A stretch of DNA of 64,000 nucleotides from Corallochytrium limacisporum Hawaii. Its lineage: Eukaryota > Protista > Pluriformea. This document shows positions 54,540 to 64,000 of the stretch, piece after piece (position 1 is the first letter of the stretch; every line of letters starts with the position of its first letter). Both the position numbers and the translations under genes were made by a program. Location: NCBI GenBank assembly GCA_002811645.1, contig PDIP01000007.1, positions 1-64,000 of the forward strand, written 5' to 3'. Below the pieces are notes generated by a model. That model saw only the letters and a program-made list of their open reading frames with translations, ran no database searches and was not told where the DNA came from.

Positions 54540-56596
54540 TTGTCAGTTTGCAATATCCCAACAGTACATCAAGTGTGAATAAACTGTTAAAGAATGAAAG
54601 CAGATGCTCTGTGTTTCGAGACATTTGATTGTTGCCATTCCGTTCCAGACGATCATCGCTAAGCACAGCACACCGTGGGGTGTCCGTGTCCGCACCTCAC
54701 AATTACTTTAATGATATATTAGGTTTTTCAGTTATGATTTCGGATGAGAAAACGGCGGGTGAGGGGAAGGACTGCAGGAGCTCGGATGCGGGGAGGAATG
54801 CCCGGAGCAAGCACACACGGCGGTGGTCCTCCTCCTCTGCCCGCACCGGGAGACGCGAGGGGCTCCCCACCCGCGTCACAGTCGTTCCGCGCTAGGTGCA
54901 GGCCGCCGGCTGAGAACGGCAGGGGAGGGGAGGGAGAGAGGAAACGAAAAAATATTGATCTGACCGTGATATTGAGGGTGGCGGGGAAGGAGAGGGGGAG
55001 AGTGAGGGAAGCGGGGAGGAAATCGGCCCCCGATTGGGCCCGCCAGCCAGCCCAGCACAGCCAGCCACGGAAGACGGGCCAAAAAATCGGCACTCGCCCG
55101 CCCGGCTTTTTTGGTCTTCCTTGTCTGCCTTTGGGTACACAAAATCAACGATTCCCTGCTTCGCTGGTGAGACGAAGCGGCCAAGAACAAAGAACACGTC
55201 CCTCTGCCTCTGCCCTTTTTCACCGTCGTCGCCGCCCTTTTTTATTTCCTTGCTGCGTACGTTGGCGCTGCCGGCCGATAGCGATAACAAGGCAATGAGG
55301 GAGGACGAAGAAAAGTTATATTCAATTCTTATCTCTCCCCTCGTCTCTCTCTCTCTCTCTGTGACTCTCCCTCTCTCTCTCCTTCTCTCTCTGTCTCCAC
55401 TTCCCCGGGGCCCCCCGGGGGCAGGGGTCTCGCGATTTATTTCCTTAATTTTTTTCATTCCTTGGCCGAGGCCAAGCGAAGGGAGCCCCCCGGGGGGGGG
55501 GTCAGTGTGGCCCGTTTACCCAATCGCAGCGCCGCTTTCTCAGCAGAAACACAAGTTAGCAGCGCGTCTTAGCCCCTGCCTGTTCGGGTCGGGTCGGTTT
55601 GACAGGAGAACCCCCCCCCCCGGGTTGCGGTGGCAGGTGGTGGTGAATCCGTCTAATACTACACACGGTCCGGTCCGTCAGTTGGCTGGTTTCGCCTCGT
55701 TCTTTCTGTCTGTCTCGCTCTCTCTCTGCTACATTTTGGTTGCTCTCAGTTTGCGGTAGAGTGGCAACCTAAACACACCCCCCCTTTCTTTTGACCCAAA
55801 GCAAAGTTGGTATCCCAGTTTTTTATTAAGTCCTTGTTGTCCCCCCCCGGGTGTGATCGATCTTCGTACCCTCAACGGGGGGGGGGAGATGGGTTGTTAT
55901 ACACTTACAGTAATACCTACGAACCCATTCGGATCAAAAGTTAATAAAAAGAAAGGAACTTGGGGTGGGGGGGAGGGGACGCGACAGGAGGGGAGGGCCC
56001 GAAGGGAAGAGGGAACCCCCCGGGGAGAGGGGGACCCATGGTCCAGCCATTTTCTTGCTGCGCGCGATGGAATCTTCCTTTTTTTCTGGACACACCAAGG
56101 CACACACATGCTCAGTAATGACAAGCCAAGGGGGCACAAGAAAAAGGGAGAGAGGGGGGGGAGAGACGAGGCTGCAAGACAAAATGAAACATAATCGAGA
56201 GAGGCATGAGATAGAAAAGAAAACGAAAGGACCAAAAAAAAAAGAACGGAAGCATACACCCACCCACCCAACATTGGTAGACTTTGAAGGAATAGTGGAG
56301 GAAGGGGGGAGGGTATTCCATTTGGGCCCGTCTGCTGGTTGGTAACGGGCGGCGGGGAAGGGGGGGGGGCGCACGCCCGCGACTGGGTGGTTCTGCACGG
56401 GGCCTTCTTGGACGCGCCCGGTTTTTTTTTTGGTTTCAATGTTTGATTTCGTGGACCATGGAATGGCTGGTATTTGATGCTGTGATAGATTTAGAGAGAA
56501 TGATGAAGATTATGTGTAATGTCCACTGTGTATGCGTGCATTGATTTAGTTGTATCAAAGTAGCCAAAGTAAGACGCACCCTTACCACCCAGCACG

Positions 56597-57841
56597 ATGG
56601 GTAACGGATCAGCAACTGCTGCAAAGGCGGGGCGCCGCTCCTTTAAGGAAGACACAAAGAACTTCTTTAAGCATCTCAATTGGGGTCTTGCAATAAGTGC
56701 GATCATCCTTGCGATTTGTAATTTGGTGGCATCAGCCGTCATGGATCTGAGTCCTCGGTGGCTGTCAAGGATCGACTATCCGCGATATTCCGGACAACCC
56801 ACTTCGGAACAGGTAACGAATGTGATGCTCTATTTTTACGACATTTTTTGTGCCATTATCTTCATTGTACCGATGGAGATGATGTTTGTTGTATCAGAGC
56901 CCATGCTTTGGCGAGTGGTTCGCGGTTTTAACTTTTGGATTGCATCGGGCTATGCGGTACTGGCTGCGAGTTTTATGGTCGACGTACTCAAGATTTACGT
57001 CTCCGAGCCTCGGCCTGATTTCATCGCACGTTGCTTTGGCAATCCCTATGCGGTAGCGTTTCCAATTGATGATTTGAGCGCATGTACAGCGGACACGGAT
57101 GATAAGGACCTTCGGGCCGGCCTGAAGTCCTATCCTAGTGGCCATGCCACTGGCGGCGTGTCAGTCGCGTTCTTTGTAGGCCTGTACTACGTGTGGATGC
57201 CGTTTTACAGTCAGCTACGCCGAGACGGTATGCAACACCGGATGCATCAACTCTTTCGTATCACAAACGGTGTATACAATGAGTGGATTAAGCAATGTCT
57301 ACTGACTCTGCTAGCGGTGGGAATCTTTTTAACTGGTTTCATGATCGGCGCGTCACGCATTGTGGATTTCCGGCACCATCCCTGGGATGTGAATGCTGGC
57401 GCAATATTGGGAATGGTGGGTGCCATCTTTGGGTTCTCAGCCGCTGTGGCGTACGACTACCGACTTAATGACGCAGTCATCGCTGTGGAAAGGCCAACCA
57501 CGAGTGCTACATCAATTGGCAAGGTAGAGAGTGGCGCGAACGGTATGGACAATCGCCAGTCAGAGCACATTTACAGCGCCCCAGTCTTCCCGAATGGCCG
57601 CGTGGATGCAAGCTCCAGCTATGGAGGATACTCCTCCACACACAGTGGGAATGACCGCAGCTCCGCTGGCGGCATTTCGTCTGTCTATGACCAGGTCCAC
57701 AAGCCGGGTGAGCGCCTCCCAGAGACGCCCGGCTCCGGCACCAGCAGCAACTATGTTCCGCCGAGTGTCAACGGAAGAAGGATCAACAAGAAGAGCCACA
57801 GCCAACAGCAGTTGGAAACCGTGCACAGTCAAGATGAATAA
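56597..57841 (+). CDS. PAP2-family lipid phosphate phosphatase
   Basis: KIYVSEPRPDF, SYPSGH, SRIVDFRHHPWDV; about 6 TM segments. Confidence 0.92.
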   Translation: MGNGSATAAKAGRRSFKEDTKNFFKHLNWGLAISAIILAICNLVASAVMDLSPRWLSRIDYPRYSGQPTSEQVTNVMLYFYDIFCAIIFIVPMEMMFVVSEPMLWRVVRGFNFWIASGYAVLAASFMVDVLKIYVSEPRPDFIARCFGNPYAVAFPIDDLSACTADTDDKDLRAGLKSYPSGHATGGVSVAFFVGLYYVWMPFYSQLRRDGMQHRMHQLFRITNGVYNEWIKQCLLTLLAVGIFLTGFMIGASRIVDFRHHPWDVNAGAILGMVGAIFGFSAAVAYDYRLNDAVIAVERPTTSATSIGKVESGANGMDNRQSEHIYSAPVFPNGRVDASSSYGGYSSTHSGNDRSSAGGISSVYDQVHKPGERLPETPGSGTSSNYVPPSVNGRRINKKSHSQQQLETVHSQDE

Positions 57842-57919
57842 ATACACACAAAATGTATATAACGTAGTACATGTGTCAAGAGTTATATGACACCCTCGTA
57901 TGGCTATAGTACATCTCCT

Positions 57920-59671
57920 CTACGTAGGCGGAACAAAGTCTGCACAAAGCTCGTACGTAAGTTCACGGAGAAGGAAGCGGAGGCGGACTTCGCTCCCAGT
58001 AAATAGGTAGCTCAAGCTGGCATGTTCACGGTTTTTGCGTTTTCGGTGGTCCATGGGCCGGCACACAGCTTTGCGTTCGTTGACGAACCGCTCTACTTTG
58101 AAATGGTTTGCTTTGTGCAGGTTGCGAATGAACAACCACAGATCATCAGTGTTGCCACGAACAGCACACAAAACAGCACCGAACTGTCCATCTGGTGTGC
58201 TGCACAGTGCCCATGGCTCCGGGTAAGAATGTACATCGAATTCATTAAGACAGCCCATGTGATGAAGCTCATTGAGCTGAAGACAACGGAAGGTCAGTGA
58301 GGTAGCGAGCTGAGGGACTTCGTGGATCGCCGGAGATGGACTCTCGGCCGCATCCATGTGTTCTGAGTCGGGTTGTAGCAGCAGACCAAAGCGCACCTGC
58401 GGGTGTTCAAGATCAAGGCTCATGCTATTCCAGCAATAATCACTGCCTTCCGGATTCAAGGGAAACATATACTGGCACATGCCCTGCCGCACATCAATGT
58501 CTGATACACGATAATCAGAAAATTCCCACACAGGGTTGAAAGTGATTTTGCCGTCCTTGACTTCAAGTTGGAAGATGATCTGTCCCAAAGCGCCTCCCAT
58601 ACCATCTTTGTAGACGAATACAACCGAGTTGATATACTTGCAGGCGATTCCGGTCTCCGTGTCCGTGCGATCCCATCGCCTAGGGAGGACCATCCACTTT
58701 TCGATGCGCCGATCCAGCTCAAAACGACATAGTAGCCGTTCTTCTTCACCAGGACCTTTGTCAACGTACATGACACGCAAGTGTGAGTGATGAGCGCCAC
58801 GTTCTTCAACAAAGATTAAAGGTCCAGAGTGCTCAATGGCCCAAATCTGCGAGAGACATTGAAACTGATACTGATGCAGCTTAGGCTCCGGGAGCATCGT
58901 ATTTGAGATCACCTGGAAGCAACCCACGTGGCCCATGCGGGTACCGTAGAAGATGAAGTCCTCGTAACCATCTCCACCGGCACAGAGAGTCACAATGCTG
59001 CGCGGACTGATACCAATGCGCAGCGGCCAGTACGTATGCAGTGAGAATGGCATACCAGCCGCCCGTACGCTGCCCGGGGTCACGCGTTGCACTTCTAGAG
59101 CTGGGCCGTCGGCATGGAGACGGGCTGCCACAGTTCCGTTGAATACATCTGACAAAGGCAAACGCACGTTATTCCGGATGGAAAGCTGAAGCTTTTGCGA
59201 ATGGGGATGAACCATACATCTCGATAGATTACCCGCCAACGATAGGTATAGTTGCAAATTCCGGACGCTCTCCTCTGCGGGTTTTCCAGCACCCAACATG
59301 TTTTGCCAAATCCAAGTTTGCTGGTGAGGCTTTTTCATATATGCATCTGCGTACCGTGTATAGAACATTAGGCTCTCGTCTGTCTCCATCAAGAGCTCCA
59401 GGAAATACCGGCTCACGTATTGTAGTTCTTCAATATCTCTAGGTTCCAGGTGCATCAAGATCATGTACATCACTTCCCGTGGCAGTAGCTGCAGCATGTT
59501 GCACGTCGACTTGTTTCCAAGGTGTGCCCATAACCGGAACTGCTCTTCAACACCTAAGCTGTCCAATACCCCGATTAACTGAGCCATATTGGGTTTGCTA
59601 TGCATCTTCTCTAGCGAAGGCCCGTCTACGGCAGCGGCAGCTGCCGCGGCGGTTCCTTCTTCCCGCACCAT
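57920..59671 (-). CDS. F-box protein with unassigned beta-rich C-terminus
   Basis: LLPREVMYMILMHLEPRDIEELQYVSRYF F-box motif. First ATG at 59671. Confidence 0.75.
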   Translation of the reverse strand: MVREEGTAAAAAAAVDGPSLEKMHSKPNMAQLIGVLDSLGVEEQFRLWAHLGNKSTCNMLQLLPREVMYMILMHLEPRDIEELQYVSRYFLELLMETDESLMFYTRYADAYMKKPHQQTWIWQNMLGAGKPAEESVRNLQLYLSLAGNLSRCMVHPHSQKLQLSIRNNVRLPLSDVFNGTVAARLHADGPALEVQRVTPGSVRAAGMPFSLHTYWPLRIGISPRSIVTLCAGGDGYEDFIFYGTRMGHVGCFQVISNTMLPEPKLHQYQFQCLSQIWAIEHSGPLIFVEERGAHHSHLRVMYVDKGPGEEERLLCRFELDRRIEKWMVLPRRWDRTDTETGIACKYINSVVFVYKDGMGGALGQIIFQLEVKDGKITFNPVWEFSDYRVSDIDVRQGMCQYMFPLNPEGSDYCWNSMSLDLEHPQVRFGLLLQPDSEHMDAAESPSPAIHEVPQLATSLTFRCLQLNELHHMGCLNEFDVHSYPEPWALCSTPDGQFGAVLCAVRGNTDDLWLFIRNLHKANHFKVERFVNERKAVCRPMDHRKRKNREHASLSYLFTGSEVRLRFLLRELTYELCADFVPPT

Positions 59672-59683
59672 TGATGTGGACAA

Positions 59684-59715
59684 CTAAGTGCATGACATCT
59701 TTCAGCATCACATAC
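59684..59715 (-). other. Candidate 32-nt 5' UTR intron of the F-box gene
   Basis: G|GTATGT…CACTTAG| ends 12 nt before the ATG and contains 4 upstream ATGs. Confidence 0.45.
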
Positions 59716-60072
59716 CGCAATGGAAAAGTGTGCTAGGACTTGATCAAGTAAAATAGGTCTCAGAAACGTGGAGAAGCTGACCGATATCTGCAATCTTGGT
59801 CAGGTGTGCCCAAGGCTTCCCGCCAGAGCGCTCTGCGGCGAAGATGGGGCCCGGGGGAGGGGGATAGGGCGGGTGAAGAGCAAAGTGACCCACTCTCGCC
59901 TGAAGCAACGACCGACCGGCTTGGGGGCCTAGCCATCGCAAACTTCTTGGAAGTAACCGGACTCCCCTCCCAACCTATTATTGTCAGTACTTTATATAAT
60001 GATTTTTTGCACCCTCCTCTCAGCTAGGAGACGGCGCGAGCCGCCCTGCCTGGTTTTTAGCAATAGTAAACT

Positions 60073-60155
60073 GGTGAGATGGCCGAGTTGGTCTAAGGCG
60101 CTGCGTTCAGGTCGCAGTCTCTCCGGAGGCGTGGGTTCGAATCCCACTCTCACCA
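60073..60155 (+). tRNA. tRNA-Leu(CAG), no intron
   Basis: Acceptor stem GGTGAGA/TCTCACC, A-box TGGCCGAGTTGG, anticodon arm CTGCG-TTCAGGT-CGCAG, long variable arm, B-box GGTTCGAATCC. Confidence 0.97.
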
Positions 60156-60165
60156 CACTTTGCCC

Positions 60166-60176
60166 TTTTTTTTTTT
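60166..60176 (+). terminator. Pol III oligo-T terminator of tRNA-Leu
   Basis: T11 run about 10 nt downstream of the tRNA. Confidence 0.8.
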
Positions 60177-60644
60177 CCCCTCTTTTTTTTTTTCCACATC
60201 GTTGGCGATCCTCCACTGCCTTTTTTTTTTGGTACTTTTCGTATAGCGAGACATTCCCGCAATTTCCTTTACGCTGACAAAAATTCCTGCGCATCTCCTG
60301 TTGTCCCCTTCGCTCTTGACTTTCCTCCGGCAGTACAGTCAGTACGTAACCGAGGGAGAGCGCGAAAACCAAGCGGTGGCTATTTTGGATCAGATCAATA
60401 CCGGTCTGTGCTCACTGTAAATTGGGTTAGACTCCGGTAGGTATTGATGTGCACACTCCAAACACAGTGGCCCTTCCTGGTGTTACACAGCCGCGAAAGA
60501 TCTGTGCTCAGGGACGGGAGTGAGACCCCTTGTGCCTTCCTTTGTCTTGCGACGGCTATGTGAATGGGAATGGCACATGATCTGGTCTTGGATCATGGTG
60601 TGAAGTATGTGATTCTGTTGCATTCAATACAATGATCTGCCACG

Positions 60645-62957
60645 ATGAGCAAAGAATGTACAGTGCTGCTGATTGACGTCGGTCGGCATATGGGTGCACC
60701 GGCAGATTCCTCTACTCAACCTGAGGATCCTGCAGCAGAAAGTACAACAACTAAGCTGGACTTTGTAAAAAAGGTTGCACTACACTACCTGAAGCAGAAG
60801 TTGCAGGCCGGTTCCAAAATCGATGAGTTTGGGCTGGTAACCTTCGGATCACGGAAGACCAACAATGAAGTTGCAGATTCCCTCGGTGGCTACCTCCACA
60901 TTAATACACTTCACCACCTTGGAAAAGGTACCGTGGCGCTGGCACGCACAACTGATGGACTGGATTGCGAAGATGAACAGGCGGACCTGCTTGAAGCGCT
61001 GATGGTGGCCGTGCGCCAGGTCCGCGACAAGAAGGGAAAATGGGCAGCACGCCGGATTGTGTGCTTTTCCGACCCTGCATGCCCCGCTGATGGGCAGGGA
61101 TTGTTCTGGGAAGTCCTAAAAAAGTTTCAGTCAGTGGAGGGCCTGAGCCTCATTTTCGTCGGCATTCCAGCTTTGGAACGCTTTGCACCAGAACATGAAG
61201 GAGACGAGCCAGTGAATGCAGTGGAGATGGTGACATGCTTCTGCGAGAATCTCTCGGATGCAGTCACCTTGCCCTACGAAGATATGGTGGCAGCACTGAG
61301 CGGTGTGCATGCCAAGACGTTCCGCCAGAATACCACATTCCGTGGCACGCTGAACCTTGGAACCAAACTGAGGGTTCCCGTGTGGACCTATAGCAAGGTC
61401 AATGAGCGCAAGCTCGACACAATGAGCCGGATTTCCACGCGGCATGAACAAGAACAAGGAGGCGTAGAAGAACATGGTTCAACTTCAGTTACGCCTCCGC
61501 CACCTGTAGAAGCAGTACGGGATCGTCAATACGTCGTGGAGGATGACGTTGAGGTGCAGCATACCCAAGACGATCTAGCTAAGGGATATAAATATGGAAC
61601 AACTTTTGTGCCGCAATCGGGCGTTGACGAGGACAATATGAAATTGAAGTGTGCTAAGGGTTTAGACATTGTGGGCTTCCTCAAACGGAATCGCATCCCT
61701 CGTTTCCATCTAGTGGGTACAGCAGTTGCATTGTCGGCACCTCCGGGGGAACAAGAGGCTGCAGTGGCACTAGAGGCTCTTGCCCGTGCCCTGGAGGAAG
61801 AAGAGTGTGTCGCGTTGGCACGCTATGTGGCACGAAACAATAGTTCGCCCTCGCTCATGATGCTTTACCCGGAGCGCGAACGGGATGAACAGCATGCCCT
61901 CTACATGATGCATCTGCCGTTTGCTGACAATATCCGACCTTACACGTTTTCATCCTTTGACCGGAGCAAACAGAAACCGAATCCGGAGCAGGAAGCCCTC
62001 ATGGACGACATTATTGATGTGATGGACCTGACGAAGAATCGACCAGAACATCAATTTGATCCGTTGCACACGTTTAATCCCCTAATCCAGTACGCCTTCC
62101 AGTGCATGCATCACCGTGTAATGCATCCAAACGAACCCCTTCCGGATCTCGATTCAGACATTTCACGGAGCATTGAGCCGGACAAAGCAATGTTCGAACG
62201 CGCAGGGCCTTTCCTTTCTAAGATGGTTCAGACATTCCAAGTCCGTCCACGGCCCACCAAGGACGAAGAGGACGACGCTGCTGCCAATGGTGGGGTGAAT
62301 GGTGTAGCTGGTACCGCCCGACCCTGGTACCTCGTAGATGCCGATGAAGATGGCAATAGCAGATCCGTCAAGCCACGTCTTGATGCCACTGCTCTTGGCC
62401 TCCAAGAGGGTGAGGAGTCGAACAGGAGAACTGGGAATGCGGATGGCTACGCACTGAGTTTTGCACCCAAAGTGTCGGCGCTTGATCCCATTCGCACGTT
62501 CCACGAAATGATTGATGGTTCATCGTCATCAAGTAGGGCATCCTTGTGGCAGTCGGCAAAGCAACAGATGCGTGCCATAATTGAAAAGTACTTGGACCCA
62601 GCCGAAGGCAATTTCAAGTTCAAAGTCGCCCGCGATGCACTCAAGGCACTACGGGATGCTGCTGTGACTCAAGACGATGCGTCGGCCTACAATGACCTTT
62701 TGCAGACCCTCAAGAAAAAGATTGGCACAGAGGTGGTCTCGGAACTGAATCCCGGTGAAGGCACTAATTTTTGGAACGATTATGTCGTCAAGCAGGCTCA
62801 GCTAGCTCCCATTTCCGACGCGGAGGCCTCTACGGGCATGACCACTGCCACCGCCTCCACACTTGGTTCCAAGACAATCCTTGCTTCCGACACTTTACCA
62901 CAAGCCAGCACCACCGGCGCTGATGACATTGAGGACCTCCTAGATGAGCTGGAGTAG
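60645..62957 (+). CDS. XRCC5: Ku80 (NHEJ DNA end-binding subunit)
   Basis: vWA KECTVLLIDVG; core KGYKYGTTFVP, LPFADNIRPYTF, TFNPLIQ; C-terminal DDIEDLLDELE. Confidence 0.93.
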   Translation: MSKECTVLLIDVGRHMGAPADSSTQPEDPAAESTTTKLDFVKKVALHYLKQKLQAGSKIDEFGLVTFGSRKTNNEVADSLGGYLHINTLHHLGKGTVALARTTDGLDCEDEQADLLEALMVAVRQVRDKKGKWAARRIVCFSDPACPADGQGLFWEVLKKFQSVEGLSLIFVGIPALERFAPEHEGDEPVNAVEMVTCFCENLSDAVTLPYEDMVAALSGVHAKTFRQNTTFRGTLNLGTKLRVPVWTYSKVNERKLDTMSRISTRHEQEQGGVEEHGSTSVTPPPPVEAVRDRQYVVEDDVEVQHTQDDLAKGYKYGTTFVPQSGVDEDNMKLKCAKGLDIVGFLKRNRIPRFHLVGTAVALSAPPGEQEAAVALEALARALEEEECVALARYVARNNSSPSLMMLYPERERDEQHALYMMHLPFADNIRPYTFSSFDRSKQKPNPEQEALMDDIIDVMDLTKNRPEHQFDPLHTFNPLIQYAFQCMHHRVMHPNEPLPDLDSDISRSIEPDKAMFERAGPFLSKMVQTFQVRPRPTKDEEDDAAANGGVNGVAGTARPWYLVDADEDGNSRSVKPRLDATALGLQEGEESNRRTGNADGYALSFAPKVSALDPIRTFHEMIDGSSSSSRASLWQSAKQQMRAIIEKYLDPAEGNFKFKVARDALKALRDAAVTQDDASAYNDLLQTLKKKIGTEVVSELNPGEGTNFWNDYVVKQAQLAPISDAEASTGMTTATASTLGSKTILASDTLPQASTTGADDIEDLLDELE

Positions 62958-63400
62958 ACAACTCGAAACTCTATTTGAAATGCTACCTCCTCTTTCGAGT
63001 TGGCCTGAGATGTCCGGCGCGGAGGCCCCTCCGCAGGGTGGCGGTTTGTTTCTGCTGCCCTACTGAGAGGGGATGAGCGCCGCCACGTATTGCTCCCCGC
63101 AAACATCCCCATTTCCCTCCCGCGGGGGCCTTTGGTTTCACCGCTGTACCAAGGGCTTAGTTGCCCCCCGGTTAGACGTGAATCCAAAGGAAACCCACAA
63201 CACGGACGGGCTGGTATTTGTGTTGGAGAGTTTAAAATATAATAGAAAAGGACGTATATGTCGCGAATGACTGTGATTAAAGAATGTTAGAGAGACTGTG
63301 TGATGTTGTAAAGAAGTCGGCTCTTGGTAAATACCAGAATGTAATGGAGATTGTAAGACGAAAAGACACGTAATTCGGAATACGTTGCCAAACTAGAACC

Positions 63401-63853
63401 ATGCCAAAGTTTAGACAGACTGCATGGGATCCAGCGCTGATCGTCAGTCAAATTGCAGCCACACAGTCATGTTATTACTTCACGTTTGGGCTATTGGTCC
63501 TCATTTGTGCAGCAATCACAAGGGCTGAAGTTTCAGTAGCAACTATCTTCGTGACAGACTTGAATAAGAGCCCGCTGGGCGTGTACACACAGGGCGCCCT
63601 TATTATCACCAATGGATTACTGAATGCAGTTGCACTGTTGTTCTTGATACGACGTGCAAAGCAGTGCCTGGATTTTTCAGCAACAGTACACTTGGTTCAT
63701 TTCATCCTCTCCTTGCTGTTGTCCGGTTTCCCAACCCTGTTTTGGTTCATTTCCTTTGCAGTGTCGGTGATATGCATGGCTGTGGTGGGCGAATTGCTGT
63801 GTATGCGGTATGAAATGAACAGCATTCCACTCATGGGCGCTCGTATGATCTGA
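63401..63853 (+). CDS. SYS1: Golgi trafficking membrane protein Sys1
   Basis: FRQTAWDPALIVSQI, RAKQCLDF, GELLCMRYEMNSIPL. Confidence 0.92.
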   Translation: MPKFRQTAWDPALIVSQIAATQSCYYFTFGLLVLICAAITRAEVSVATIFVTDLNKSPLGVYTQGALIITNGLLNAVALLFLIRRAKQCLDFSATVHLVHFILSLLLSGFPTLFWFISFAVSVICMAVVGELLCMRYEMNSIPLMGARMI

Positions 63854-64000
63854 TTGACCCTGCGCATAGAAAGGAAACACACTTGGTCAACACAACGCAC
63901 AGTATTGCCACGGTCTCGCTCTTTCCGCGCCCAAGCGAATTACTGGGCGAGGCGGGCGGGGAAATGAGGAGGGTCTCCTCGGCTGGCTATTTCAGAATAG

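Noticed and set aside
60420-60644. 5' UTR intron ending just before the Ku80 start
   Set aside because: Donor-like GTATGT is present but no AG acceptor lies between it and the ATG; a counter-example to the leader-intron pattern
1-64000. Transposons, rRNA, snRNA/snoRNA genes and stop-codon readthrough signals
   Set aside because: No transposase/RT ORFs, terminal repeats, convincing U-snRNA signatures or TGA-CTA contexts seen by eye; a covariance-model scan could still find small RNAs

Overview
Eukaryotic nuclear DNA, gene-dense: 26 protein-coding genes plus one tRNA-Leu(CAG) in 64 kb. Every recognisable CDS is one uninterrupted ORF. The gene content is holozoan-like: fused Glu-Pro-tRNA synthetase with WHEP linker, EXT1-like GT47, NAA80, CEP164, ABCB8, OPA3, TTC1, DPY30 and Ku80. 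Together with the lack of coding introns, this suggests an intron-poor unicellular relative of animals such as Corallochytrium (inference, not verified). The layout is regular: convergent genes are separated by short AT-rich spacers, while 5' regions carry poly-C/poly-G tracts and CnGn palindromes followed by 150-300 nt leaders with splice-site-like signals. Top observations: (1) ORF 3489-5195 encodes a SAM domain, a CUT-like domain and an atypical homeodomain, a CUT-class homeobox architecture normally regarded as animal-specific; (2) introns appear confined to 5' UTRs; (3) a DEP domain is fused to a bacterial-type flavoprotein disulfide reductase; (4) a recurrent CCCCGGGG element marks promoter regions. 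All family calls are from visual motif recognition; no database searches were run.
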